A DNA stretch of 64,000 nucleotides from a bacterium (GCA_037137535.1 JBAXKC010000007.1:1-64000), one strand, 5' to 3'; counted from the first letter of the stretch, positions 30,586 through 40,829 are shown. Translations and numbers: made by a program. The notes: generated from the letters alone by a model not told the origin.

Positions 30586-31575
30586 TTATATTTTAATATT
30601 TGTAATTTGTTTAATACATAGAAAACCGATAAAACCCATTGTTACCGCCATTGCTAAAGCCATCTGCCCCATAATATTTTCAAAAAGCGGCTTCATATAA
30701 CTTGGATTCATTACCCAAATAAGCAAACCAATCGCAACAGGAGCTAAAGCAAGCACAATTCCTGACATTTTAGCCTGCGCAGTCTGTGCATTAAGCTGAC
30801 CGATAAGTTTAAATCGCTCTCTTATCGTATGCCCAAGATTATCTAATATTTCAGCTAAATTTCCGCCAATTTCCCTTTGAATAAGCACAGCTGTAATAAA
30901 AAACCTTAAATCAACGCTTTCAGGCATATAATTACTCATATTATCTAGAGCATCCCTTGTATCTCGCCCTAAAGAAATATCATCAACAACAACTTTAAAA
31001 ACCTGTGATGTAGGTTCAGGCATTTCATTAATAACAAGAGCAAAAGAAGAAGACAAAGAATGACCGGCTCTTAAAGCACTTGAAATAAGACCGAGCGCAT
31101 CGGGAAATTGTTGGCTGAATAATTCATGTCGTTTTTTTATACGCATTCTTATCATAAGAAAAGGACTATATGATAATATAATCCCTATTACAGTAAAAGC
31201 AACAGAATTTGCAGGTATAACCAAACCAAGGAAAAAGAAAAAGCTAAAAATACCTGCTGACATTAATAATAAAATATCAACTGTTATTTTAATATCAGCT
31301 GTTTTCAACATTCTCTTTAATTTTTCAGTCGATTTTAATCTATTTAAAATTGCGCCAATAAATAAAATTCTATATTCATCTGATGAAAAAAATGCTTTAA
31401 ATTGTTGTTGCCTTAAACTTTCATTTTTTTTAGTTAAAAATACTTTATTTTTAATATTTCTAAGTCTTTTTGCCACTGATTCATCAATATTAACAACATT
31501 ATTGTTAAATTGAGTAATAACAAAAAATATTGAAAAAATTAATATTAAAATAAATGCAAAGTTTAAAATATCCAT
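30586..31575 (-). CDS. tadB: Tad inner-membrane platform protein TadB
   Basis: QFPDALGLISSALRAGHS, IQREIGGNLAEIL. Confidence 0.93.
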   Translation of the reverse strand: MDILNFAFILILIFSIFFVITQFNNNVVNIDESVAKRLRNIKNKVFLTKKNESLRQQQFKAFFSSDEYRILFIGAILNRLKSTEKLKRMLKTADIKITVDILLLMSAGIFSFFFFLGLVIPANSVAFTVIGIILSYSPFLMIRMRIKKRHELFSQQFPDALGLISSALRAGHSLSSSFALVINEMPEPTSQVFKVVVDDISLGRDTRDALDNMSNYMPESVDLRFFITAVLIQREIGGNLAEILDNLGHTIRERFKLIGQLNAQTAQAKMSGIVLALAPVAIGLLIWVMNPSYMKPLFENIMGQMALAMAVTMGFIGFLCIKQITNIKI

Positions 31576-31586
31576 AAAAACTCAAA

Positions 31587-33113
31587 TTATCTTTTCAATC
31601 TATTTAATAGAGAATTTGATTCGTTACTACTCTTAAAAAGTTCTTCATTTTTAACTTTAGTGTTGTTATTTTGCGAATTATTATTAGAAGTAACTTCTTT
31701 TGTTGTTTTCAAATTTGGAGGATTTTTACAAAGATAAACAGGCGGTGTTTTAGCATCAAAAATAGCCAAAGATAAATTAATGCCTTTAGACTTACATCTA
31801 TCAGCAAATAAAGGTCTCACACCCGTAGCAACATGTTGACCTATTATTTTTCCATTTTCATCTATGCCTGTCTGCTCCCATTTAAAAATATCCTGCATAG
31901 TAATTGTAGAGCCCTCTAATCCTGTCAATTCAGTTATATGAGTAACTCTTCTTGTGCCATCACTAAGCCTGCTTGCCTGAACTATGATATGAACAGCCGA
32001 ACTGACTTGAGTTCTGATAGTTCTTTCAGGCAATTCAACACCTGAGAACATAACCATTGTCTCTAGTCTGCTTAATGCATCTCTCGGAGTGTTTGCGTGA
32101 AGTGTAGTTAAAGAACCATCATGACCTGTATTCATCGCCTGTAGCATATCTAAAGTTTCAGCGCCACGACATTCCCCTATAACAATACGATCAGGTCTCA
32201 TTCTTAAAGCATTAATAACTAAATCTCTAGCGGTTATAGCTCCTGTTCCTTCAATGTTTGAAGGTCTTGTTTCAAGCCTTACAACATGTTCTTGCTGTAA
32301 ATTCAATTCAGCAGAGTCTTCGATAGTTACAATTCTTTCATCTTCAGGAATTTGAGCTGATAAGCTGTTTAAAAGAGTTGTTTTTCCTGCACCTGTTCCA
32401 CCCGATATAACAATATTTAATCGGCTTTTAACTGCGGCTTTTAAGGTATCTGCCATTGCAGTAGTCATTGATCCCCATTGTAGAAGACTTTCCAGCGTAG
32501 CGACATCAGACTTGAATCTTCTTATTGAAAGGGATGGTCCATCTATTGCTAATGGAGGAATAATAGCATTAACCCTTGACCCGTCAGGTAATCTTGCATC
32601 AACCATCGGAGACTTTTCATCAATTCTTCTTCCTACTTTCGATACAATTCTTTCAATGATATTCATTAAATGAGCATTATCTTTAAAGGTTATTGAAGTT
32701 TTATGAATTTTACCATGTTTTTCAACATAAACCTGCTTTGCTCCATTAACAAGAATATCAGAGACTTCAGTATCAGCCAGTAAAATATCGAGAGGTCCAT
32801 ACCCCTTAACTTCATTCAAAATCTCTCTGATTATAATTTCTTTTTCATTTTTATTTAACGGAGTTGTTCCAAAATCACTCGAAAGTTTTTTATCAATAAA
32901 CTGGCGAATAAATTGTTTTTGTTCTTCTTCGGAATAAGTATCCCAAACAGGTGTAGAATTAACCTTTTCAATCAATAAAGTATGAATTTTTTCTTTGATA
33001 TTCATAAATTCAACGGTTAAAGGCTCATTATACAATGATAATTCATTATATGGTTTAACATCAGACGATTTAGACGGTGGAAGATTTTTACTTAACCTAT
33101 CTCTTAATGACAT
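31587..33113 (-). CDS. cpaF: Tad ATPase CpaF/TadA
   Basis: DARLPDGSRVNA, GGTGAGKTT, IEDSAEL, LRMRPDRIVIGECRG, AMNTGHDG. Confidence 0.96.
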   Translation of the reverse strand: MSLRDRLSKNLPPSKSSDVKPYNELSLYNEPLTVEFMNIKEKIHTLLIEKVNSTPVWDTYSEEEQKQFIRQFIDKKLSSDFGTTPLNKNEKEIIIREILNEVKGYGPLDILLADTEVSDILVNGAKQVYVEKHGKIHKTSITFKDNAHLMNIIERIVSKVGRRIDEKSPMVDARLPDGSRVNAIIPPLAIDGPSLSIRRFKSDVATLESLLQWGSMTTAMADTLKAAVKSRLNIVISGGTGAGKTTLLNSLSAQIPEDERIVTIEDSAELNLQQEHVVRLETRPSNIEGTGAITARDLVINALRMRPDRIVIGECRGAETLDMLQAMNTGHDGSLTTLHANTPRDALSRLETMVMFSGVELPERTIRTQVSSAVHIIVQASRLSDGTRRVTHITELTGLEGSTITMQDIFKWEQTGIDENGKIIGQHVATGVRPLFADRCKSKGINLSLAIFDAKTPPVYLCKNPPNLKTTKEVTSNNNSQNNNTKVKNEELFKSSNESNSLLNRLKR

Positions 33114-33127
33114 TTGTTATGAACCTC

Positions 33128-34363
33128 CTACTTTCCGTTTTTTGTTAGTCTGCTTAAAAAAGGTGATATAGACTTCATACTAAATAAGCTTTTATTCTTT
33201 TTAGCCTTTCCTTGAAATTTATTGTCTCTTACTATAACAGAATTACTCAACAATGCGGCTAATTCCATAAAACTTTGACTAATATTAGAATTAGGGTCAA
33301 TTTTAGAAATAGGAACACCTCTGTTAATAGCAGACATTACGGACAAGTAATTATTAGGAAACTTCCAATATACAGAATGCCCTAAAGCATCTTCAACATC
33401 TTCAACCGTAATTTCTTCATTAGGCATATAACGGTTGATAATCAACTTTACTTTATCTTCGTTATAATCAAGCCTGTTAAACAGGTCAATACATCTTTGA
33501 GAGTTTCGTATAGTAGGAAGATTTACCATTGAAACCAGAAGAATATTATCCGAGTTATCAAGTGAACACAGCGTTTTACTGTCAAAATTACTGCTTGTAT
33601 CAATAATTATGTAGGAAAAAACTGATTTTAATATACTGAGAACAGTATTAATCTGCTCAGAGGTAATTTCCTCAGCCTGCTCCAAATATGGAGGGTCTGC
33701 GAGTATATACAAATCTTTATCTTTATATTTTTCAAGAGTGCTTAGAAGAAATGACTCATCAACCCTGTTTAAATGAGTAACAACATAAGAAATATCAAAA
33801 GAAGGAGAAATATCCAAAAAGGTTGTCACATCGCCAAGTTGAAGGTTCAAATCAAGTAAGGCCACTTTTTTACCTGTAAGATCCGCAAGACTCACCGCAA
33901 GATTAGCGGCAATTGTAGTTTTTCCAATACCACCCTTGTTGCTGAAAACTGTTATTATTTTGCTCTGATGTCTTTCTTCATTATCAACATTAATAATGCT
34001 TTTAGCCTTATCAAGTGCATTTTTAAGCTCGTTTGTCTGAATTGGCTTTGATAAAAATTCTCTTGCCCCTGCTCTCATTGTCTTTAAAACAATATCTGTA
34101 CTTACATCAGACGAAGTTACAAAGATAATAGTGTTTTTAGCTTGAATAGAAAGTTTTTCTATTACTTCAAGAGCATACTCTTCATTATCAGATATATCAA
34201 TAATCGCAACAGACGGTTTGTCCTGAATAATAGCATTATAGCCTGCGACTAAAGTATTATAATCTCCGATGACTTTAACATTTGGCATTTCATCTAAAGT
34301 GCTTTTTAGTATTGGGCTTTGATCCTCAAAGCTGTCAACCACTATCATTGAGATTAAATCCAT
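33128..34363 (-). CDS. cpaE: CpaE/TadZ (receiver-like domain plus MinD/ParA-like ATPase)
   Basis: MRAGAREFL receiver-like domain, KGGIGKTT, DLNLQLGD; GGAGAGG RBS. Confidence 0.9.
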   Translation of the reverse strand: MDLISMIVVDSFEDQSPILKSTLDEMPNVKVIGDYNTLVAGYNAIIQDKPSVAIIDISDNEEYALEVIEKLSIQAKNTIIFVTSSDVSTDIVLKTMRAGAREFLSKPIQTNELKNALDKAKSIINVDNEERHQSKIITVFSNKGGIGKTTIAANLAVSLADLTGKKVALLDLNLQLGDVTTFLDISPSFDISYVVTHLNRVDESFLLSTLEKYKDKDLYILADPPYLEQAEEITSEQINTVLSILKSVFSYIIIDTSSNFDSKTLCSLDNSDNILLVSMVNLPTIRNSQRCIDLFNRLDYNEDKVKLIINRYMPNEEITVEDVEDALGHSVYWKFPNNYLSVMSAINRGVPISKIDPNSNISQSFMELAALLSNSVIVRDNKFQGKAKKNKSLFSMKSISPFLSRLTKNGK

Positions 34364-34364
34364 A

Positions 34365-35726
34365 TTATAAGCCCTCTCCTGAAACATTGGAATCGATAAT
34401 TCTAGGAGTTACAAATATTAAAAGCTCTGTTTCATCTTTTCTTATATCAGATCTCTTAAAGAAATTACCTATAATCGGTATATCGCCTAAAGTAGGGATT
34501 TGGTCTTTTGATGAATTATCTGTTCTTTTCAACAGTCCCGCAATAACAAGAGTCTGACCGTCCATTAACTGAACAGTAGTTTCAGCTTTTCTTGTTTTAA
34601 ATCCGTAAATTTTTGAATTTTGATTTGTAACAGTTACGGTAGAATCTATTTCACTTACCTCAGGAATTATATTTAATGAAATAAGTTTTGATTCAGGCTG
34701 TATAGTAGGGGTAAAAGTAACATTTACACCTGTATCTTTATATTCATAAGATACATTTCCGCCTTCACCGATACCGCTTGGAACAGGAACTTGATAACCT
34801 GCGTTAAAACTGGCTTTATTGCCATTTGTCGAAACAAGTTTAGGCTCTGCAAGTATTTTAACAAGACCTTTTTGCTCTGCCATACTTAAAGCAGTACTTA
34901 CGCTTTGAGAATTAAATCCAAACCCTCTTAATCCCTTTGAAATATCCGGCTCAAAAGACATACCGTATTGATTCCCCGATATTGCCGTAGCAGCACTTGG
35001 AATAACACCAAATGTAAAATTATCAGCATATCTGCTTAATGCGAAACTTGAACTTATTATTTTTGTAAACGAACGAGCAGCTTCTGTAACTTTAACTTCA
35101 AGTACAATTTGAGGAGTTTTACATTCAGAAAGATCAACAAATTTATAGCCGTATGCTTCAGTTATACTTTTAATTTTATCTCTTACAATAGAAGAAGAAA
35201 CATTTCCTGCAAGTATAACATTTTCAGAATTAGTAAATTTTAAATCCACTTTTTCATTCGGATATACTGATCTGACAGCTTTTAATAAAATAGTAGGATC
35301 ATTTTTAATATTCAAATCAAAGAAAACAGGTTCACCTGTTTCTCCCCATATAATTAAACTTGTTAAGCCTGCTGTTTTACCGTTTAAAAGCAATTCATTA
35401 GGCGAAAGCATTATTATATCGGCAAGTGAAGGATTTGTTAAAGATATTCTTTTTACAGGCTCATTAAATCTTATAAGCTGAGATTTCCCCACAAAAGCAG
35501 TCATTTCAGAAATACTACCTTTTAAATCAGCGTTAACTTTTTCCGTAGGAGTAAAAAAGGTATCAGAAATTTTTCTGGAGGCTTTATCATCAATAGACAA
35601 AGGAGAAAGATTCATTTCTCTAAGCTGTGGAGCAGCATCAGCATTAACCGACTGCGAACAAGAGAATAAAAGCGCAATTGATAACAAGCCAAATATTATA
35701 TTTTTTTTCTGATAATTATAGTTCAA
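34365..35726 (-). CDS. cpaC: Tad secretin CpaC/RcpA
   Basis: Signal with lipobox-like LFSC, pil_N domain, ILAEPKLV...ASFNAG, TLVIAGL, IPTLGDIPIIGNFF..ETELLIFVTP. Confidence 0.92.
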   Translation of the reverse strand: MNYNYQKKNIIFGLLSIALLFSCSQSVNADAAPQLREMNLSPLSIDDKASRKISDTFFTPTEKVNADLKGSISEMTAFVGKSQLIRFNEPVKRISLTNPSLADIIMLSPNELLLNGKTAGLTSLIIWGETGEPVFFDLNIKNDPTILLKAVRSVYPNEKVDLKFTNSENVILAGNVSSSIVRDKIKSITEAYGYKFVDLSECKTPQIVLEVKVTEAARSFTKIISSSFALSRYADNFTFGVIPSAATAISGNQYGMSFEPDISKGLRGFGFNSQSVSTALSMAEQKGLVKILAEPKLVSTNGNKASFNAGYQVPVPSGIGEGGNVSYEYKDTGVNVTFTPTIQPESKLISLNIIPEVSEIDSTVTVTNQNSKIYGFKTRKAETTVQLMDGQTLVIAGLLKRTDNSSKDQIPTLGDIPIIGNFFKRSDIRKDETELLIFVTPRIIDSNVSGEGL

Positions 35727-35737
35727 CTCATTTACCT

Positions 35738-36694
35738 TTAATAATCGCTGTTAAAATTAACTTCTGACTTAACATTTGCCTGAATAAGCTCTACTGATTT
35801 TGTATGCTGCAACTTTGGAGCAGCTGGTAGCGGCAAGCCTGACGAAGAAATAGCCGGAAGTGTCGGAACTCCGGAAATGGAAGGGACTTCAGGAAGTTTA
35901 TAACCAGGGATTATTGATCCATAATTATGACCTGAACTTGAAGCTGAATGCCTTTTCTTATAAGACTTGTTTCCGATAATTTTTTTATCTGTAAAATTTC
36001 TAGCCACAACTTGAAGCTTTCCACTCATCATTGCATCAACTATCCTTGCCGAAGAGCCTGCCGGAATCTGAAAGGTTATTGCTGTTGCCTTTATTACAGA
36101 TTGAGCTGTGCCATCAGGCACACCTTCTAACGAGATTATCTTTACGTTTTGCAAAATAAGCTCAGGCTGTTCTGTCGCTGTTTTTGCCATTGAAATAATA
36201 TCAACATAACTTCCTTTTGTAATATAAGAAGCTAAGCCTTGAATATAGGACACAGGAATGGATATAGCCCTCATTCCTTCAGGAAGATCAAGCCCGGCAA
36301 AACTATTTTCCATTACATCGCTATTTTTTATAAAATCTCCTGCCTTTATGGCTTTTGCACTGATTTTACCAACAAGAGAATATAAATTATTTGATACATC
36401 GGGTGGCATTAATTTTGCGTTAATTTGCTTTGCTTCCATCATTTCTGTGGTTAACACAACGCCTGAAGGGATATTTTGTCTTGAAACAACAGCAAGATTA
36501 GAATTAACAACATTAACACCGCTTTGCAAATTTTGTGATAATCTGCCAAGTTCTGTTTTTTGAGATTGCAGCTCTTTACTCAAATCCTGAATTACCGCAT
36601 CTTTTTTAGTAAAAGATGTGAATATACCAAAAGCGGAGATAATGCCTGCTGTAACCGCTATCATTATTTTTTTTCTATTTGACTTTGAACGCAT
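35738..36694 (-). CDS. cpaB: Flp pilus assembly protein CpaB/RcpC
   Basis: TM, SAF-like domain, LPEGMRAISIPV...G..VDII, ILQNVKII. Confidence 0.9.
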   Translation of the reverse strand: MRSKSNRKKIMIAVTAGIISAFGIFTSFTKKDAVIQDLSKELQSQKTELGRLSQNLQSGVNVVNSNLAVVSRQNIPSGVVLTTEMMEAKQINAKLMPPDVSNNLYSLVGKISAKAIKAGDFIKNSDVMENSFAGLDLPEGMRAISIPVSYIQGLASYITKGSYVDIISMAKTATEQPELILQNVKIISLEGVPDGTAQSVIKATAITFQIPAGSSARIVDAMMSGKLQVVARNFTDKKIIGNKSYKKRHSASSSGHNYGSIIPGYKLPEVPSISGVPTLPAISSSGLPLPAAPKLQHTKSVELIQANVKSEVNFNSDY

Positions 36695-36724
36695 ATCCTA
36701 TCCCGATCAAATACTTTATTTTAG

Positions 36725-36752
36725 ATATCGGCTATCGCAAAGATTAACTTTA
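36725..36752 (-). promoter_or_regulatory. Sigma-28 (FliA/SigD)-type promoter of the tad operon
   Basis: Minus strand TAAAGTTA-N12-GCCGATAT (TAAA-N16-GCCGATAT), 30 nt upstream of the cpaB ATG. Confidence 0.7.
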
Positions 36753-36871
36753 ACATTTTACGACAGTCCACCCTTTAGATTACCAGTTATAATGATTTTG
36801 AATATCATTCAAACAAACTATATCAAGTATAATCCGATTTTTTTGAAATATAAAGTATTTTATACGAAAGT

Positions 36872-37208
36872 TCATTTAGGCTTATTATTCTTAATTTTAT
36901 GCCTATGTTTATGAAATTTTTTAGAGTGTTTCTTTTTATGGTGTTTTTTCTTTTTAGTATGTTTTTTAGGTTGTTTTGGCTTTAAAATACATGTTTTACA
37001 AGAATGAGCATTAAATAATTGTTCTGCTTCATCTCTTGTTGTTACGACACAATTAGAACAATACGAAGCCGTGACGACCATCAATTTTATGATAAATTTT
37101 ACTATCCAAATTTAAAGCAACATCTTCTGCAAAACTAAAATTGCAAAGACATCAGTGCAAGATAATAATCGCAAATAACTTATTAAGCTTTAATAGAGTA
37201 ATTTTCAA
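36872..37208 (-). pseudogene. Disrupted secreted Cys-rich (Ada-Zn-binding-like) protein with Lys/His-rich tail
   Basis: TTG start reads MKITLLKLNKLFAIIILH*CLCNFSFA-EDVALNLDSKIYHKIDGRH, then a +1 shift near 37070 into ASYCSNCVVTTRDEA...CKTC. Confidence 0.55.
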
Positions 37209-39363
37209 GTTTTATACCCTCTTTCACTCCTAAGACACAATATATTTTTACAGCATTATCTTTTCCTTTAACTTTACATTCATCAAGATATTGAGTGTTT
37301 ATATACTCCTTGACTTCGTTGTAAGTCGTTTCACTGATAATAATATTCGTTTTATATTCCTTATTAAGCCCCTCAAGACGGGAAGCGAGGTTGACATTAT
37401 CACCTACAACAGTATAATCAAGCAATCTTGGCGAACCCATATGACCAACAATCATATCACCGGTATTTATGCCTATACCGATATCTAAAACATGCTTACC
37501 TTCTTCAGCCCATTTTTTATTTAAGAATTTTAATGACTCCATCATGGAAATAGCCGTTAAAACAGACCTTAGAGCATGGTCTTCCATCGGTAAGGGATCA
37601 CCATAAAAGGCCATAATTGCATCGCCAATATATTTATCTAACGTTCCATTATGCTTTAATATCACTTCGACCATTTCAGTCATATATTCATTCAACTGTG
37701 AAATAAGTTCATGAGGCGGTATTTTCTCTGAAAGAGTAGTAAAACTTCTAATATCAGAGAATAAAACCGTCATATACTTTCTTTGACCTTCTCTGGATAC
37801 ACTTTTAGGGTCTTTTAATAATTTATCAAGAACCTGAGGAGAAACAAACTTTCCAAACAAGTTTTCTATTTGCTGTTTATCCTTTTTCTCTATATGAATT
37901 TTATATAAGTATGTCCCAATGGAAGAAACGGTCATTAATATTAGCGGATAGGTCATATTCACCCATATTCTGATCTGAGGATGGGCAAAAAGAATAAGAG
38001 CCAATATTATAAAAAAGAATACAACAAGGAAAAAACCTGCAAGACTAAGCAAATTAGAACGAGCTTTAATAATAAAAATAACAATTGCCGCACAAAACAA
38101 TAATGAAATCATAAAATTTGTTATAAAATCGGCTTTTTTTATAAAATTCCTTGAAGAATTACTATTTTTAAGAGTGTCATGAAGCAAATTATCAATACTT
38201 GTAGCAATTATTTCCGTCCCGGGGTAAACCATGCCCATTGGAGTAGGATGAAAATCAGTACCCGGTGCTGTTTGACCTATTACAATTATTTTATCCTTAA
38301 AAAAGTCAGAGGTTATTCTATCACTTGGATTAATTTTATTAATTTTACCTTTTTCAAAAGCTTCGGAAATCAAAACTTTAGAAATAGAAATATTTTTATA
38401 AGCAGAAGCTTTTCCATGCCAGTTAATAAGAAGTTTCCCCTCTTCATCAATAGGAATTATTCTGTTTTTTGATTCAATTCTGTCTTGATATAACTTATAG
38501 GAAGCGTTTTCATCTTTGTCTGACAAGGCAATAACCGTTGCCAAAGGAAGAGATGGGATATACTGAACACCTTGACTCTTCGCCAATCTGTATAGTGGCT
38601 CATGCACTCTGGCAACAAGGCTGTCACCAGACTTCAGATTAATAACACCCAAAGAATGCGAACTTGCTAAAAGCTCGGGGCTTATAGCACTATTTCCGTA
38701 AAAAGTAATATTATTAAGTAAATTTTGAATATTTTTATCAGTAGAAGGTAACTCCTGTATCGATTTGTCATCAATATTTAATGTTAATGCTTTTTTTAAT
38801 GGAATTGATGAAATATTTAACTGCTTATAAACATAACTATCTAAATTATTATTAGAAAATTTTCTTTGCTTAGTTAAATCGTTAACTTCCTTGCTGATTG
38901 ACTCTCTTGGATAAGATAAGGCAACTCCGAGAATTACGTTTTTATGTTTTTTTAAAACATCCGCCATATATTTATCAGAATAAACACTCTTAATATCATT
39001 GCCTTCAGAGCCTTCAAACTTTATATCAAAAACTATTGCCTTAGGCTTACCCTTATTAATAAAAGTTATTACATCTCCCCAGGTTTTTCTCGGCCATGGC
39101 CACCTTCCAAGAGCAAGTTTAGGATATTGCATCAATTTATCATTTGTAGACTGATCATCCGTCAGTAGAATTATATTATTATCGGCTTTTCTGAATTTAG
39201 AACTAAAAGGCCCTCCATCAACAGAGATTTGAGCTCGCCAATCATACATAATGCTTTCAATATTATTTAAAAGGTCTTTAATACCTGCAAACCAGCTTAT
39301 TCCGATTATCAGAACACAAGCAAAAACCACCAACATATTGCGGAAGAAATAATTATCACGCAT
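37183..39363 (-). CDS. CHASE2-domain class III adenylate/guanylate cyclase
   Basis: RWPWPR CHASE2, three TMs, VLFSDIRSFT, DKYIGDAIMA, YTVVGDNVNLASRLE. Confidence 0.93.
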   Translation of the reverse strand: MRDNYFFRNMLVVFACVLIIGISWFAGIKDLLNNIESIMYDWRAQISVDGGPFSSKFRKADNNIILLTDDQSTNDKLMQYPKLALGRWPWPRKTWGDVITFINKGKPKAIVFDIKFEGSEGNDIKSVYSDKYMADVLKKHKNVILGVALSYPRESISKEVNDLTKQRKFSNNNLDSYVYKQLNISSIPLKKALTLNIDDKSIQELPSTDKNIQNLLNNITFYGNSAISPELLASSHSLGVINLKSGDSLVARVHEPLYRLAKSQGVQYIPSLPLATVIALSDKDENASYKLYQDRIESKNRIIPIDEEGKLLINWHGKASAYKNISISKVLISEAFEKGKINKINPSDRITSDFFKDKIIVIGQTAPGTDFHPTPMGMVYPGTEIIATSIDNLLHDTLKNSNSSRNFIKKADFITNFMISLLFCAAIVIFIIKARSNLLSLAGFFLVVFFFIILALILFAHPQIRIWVNMTYPLILMTVSSIGTYLYKIHIEKKDKQQIENLFGKFVSPQVLDKLLKDPKSVSREGQRKYMTVLFSDIRSFTTLSEKIPPHELISQLNEYMTEMVEVILKHNGTLDKYIGDAIMAFYGDPLPMEDHALRSVLTAISMMESLKFLNKKWAEEGKHVLDIGIGINTGDMIVGHMGSPRLLDYTVVGDNVNLASRLEGLNKEYKTNIIISETTYNEVKEYINTQYLDECKVKGKDNAVKIYCVLGVKEGIKLENYSIKA

Positions 39364-39498
39364 AATAAAAGACCTTATCCAAACTCACTTTTATATTTAA
39401 TTATATAAATACATATTATTTTTATCAATCACGAATAAATGCTTGACTATATTTTATGTTAGAGGTTTAATATAGATAATTAAATATTAATTTAGTTC

Positions 39499-39582
39499 GG
39501 GTGAGTGGCGGAATTGGTAGACGCGCTAGTCTTAGGAACTAGTAGGTTCCCTGTGAGAGTTCGAGTCTCTCCTCGCCCACCA
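39499..39582 (+). tRNA. tRNA-Leu (anticodon TAG)
   Basis: GGGTGAG/CTCGCCC acceptor stem, CTAGT-CTTAGGA-ACTAG anticodon arm, long variable arm, GTTCGAGTC, encoded CCA. Confidence 0.97.
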
Positions 39583-39585
39583 TTT

Positions 39586-39614
39586 AATACAACCTTATTT
39601 TTAAAGGTTGTATT
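39586..39614 (+). terminator. tRNA terminator
   Basis: AATACAACCTT/AAGGTTGTATT stem, then a T-run. Confidence 0.7.
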
Positions 39615-39725
39615 TTTGTATGGATTTTAAAATACAACCTATTTGTTAAAGCTCCCATTAAATTACTTGAAAATATACTTCAACTCTGAAATAATTTTAC
39701 TAGATTAATAATTAGCAAAAAAATA

Positions 39726-40745
39726 ATGGTAGATTCTGCTCAAAAAGACTGTCAAGCTTTTAATTACTGCTTGAACGATATATTAATTACAGTAAAACCT
39801 GAATTAGATTCTTTAGAAAGAAAGTTAATTCAGGAACTTTCCGGCAATAATCCTTTTTTAAATAAAATTACTGAACATATTATTCAGGCAGGAGGCAAAA
39901 GGCTAAGACCTGCGCTGGTTTTTTTATTTTCAAAAGCCTTTAATGGCTCATTTGTAAGCTCAAATCACCTTAGACTTGCTATTGCGTCAGAATTAATCCA
40001 CACTGCAACATTAATTCATGACGATATAATTGATGAAGCAGATGAAAGACGTGGAATTCAAACAATTAATTCAAAATGGAGCGATAAAGCAGCAGTTATA
40101 GCGGGCGATTATCTGCTTGCAAAATCTTTAAAAAATCTTGCCTTAACAAAAAATGTAAACGTAATAGAAATTTTTTCAAATATTCTTAGCGAAATATGTG
40201 AAGGCGAAATAACTCAAAATTCCGAAAAATATCAAATACCTTTACTGGAAAGCTATATTGAAAAATCAAAACGTAAAACAGCAATGTTATTTATAGCTTG
40301 CACCGAAGGTTCTGCGGTATTATCACCAAATTCAAACAATCTAAAAATAAAAACAGCAAGAGATTATGCCTTGAATTTTGGTATTGCTTTTCAGATAATC
40401 GATGATGTTTTAAATTATATGACACAAAATAATGAAGCAGATAAACCCGTTGGCAGCGACCTTTTCAATGGAATTATAACCGCACCTGCAATATTTGCAG
40501 TCGAAGAATACGCAGAAAAAGGTGATTTTATTTTAAAAAACCTTATTGAAAATGGTTTAAATTCCTCTGAAGAATTTGATTTAGCGCTTGAACTAATTTT
40601 AAATACTCAAGGAATAAATAAATCAATTAAATTGGCGGAAGAATATTCGCAAAAGGCATGCCAATCAATAGAAACACTTGAAGAAAACGAAATAAAACAA
40701 ACCCTTACAGACTTAGCCCAATTTGTAATAAATAGAAAAAAATAA
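39726..40745 (+). CDS. Trans-polyprenyl diphosphate synthase
   Basis: GGKRLRP, LIHDDIID..RRG, KTAMLF, FQIIDD. Confidence 0.93.
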   Translation: MVDSAQKDCQAFNYCLNDILITVKPELDSLERKLIQELSGNNPFLNKITEHIIQAGGKRLRPALVFLFSKAFNGSFVSSNHLRLAIASELIHTATLIHDDIIDEADERRGIQTINSKWSDKAAVIAGDYLLAKSLKNLALTKNVNVIEIFSNILSEICEGEITQNSEKYQIPLLESYIEKSKRKTAMLFIACTEGSAVLSPNSNNLKIKTARDYALNFGIAFQIIDDVLNYMTQNNEADKPVGSDLFNGIITAPAIFAVEEYAEKGDFILKNLIENGLNSSEEFDLALELILNTQGINKSIKLAEEYSQKACQSIETLEENEIKQTLTDLAQFVINRKK

Positions 40746-40829
40746 GGCTAATATCATATAGTTTTATTTATGATATACTCAAACTTGTTAAAAAGGTGAG
40801 CTTTTGGCTTTTTATATGAGGGTATAGCA

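Noticed and set aside
37152-37154. In-frame TGA as selenocysteine or recoding
   Set aside because: It lies in a signal peptide, the gene also has a frameshift, and TGA ends other genes in the window normally
39499-39640. tRNA-Leu as an integration site; AATACAACCT repeated at 39631
   Set aside because: No integrase or duplicated tRNA 3-prime end; housekeeping genes follow directly
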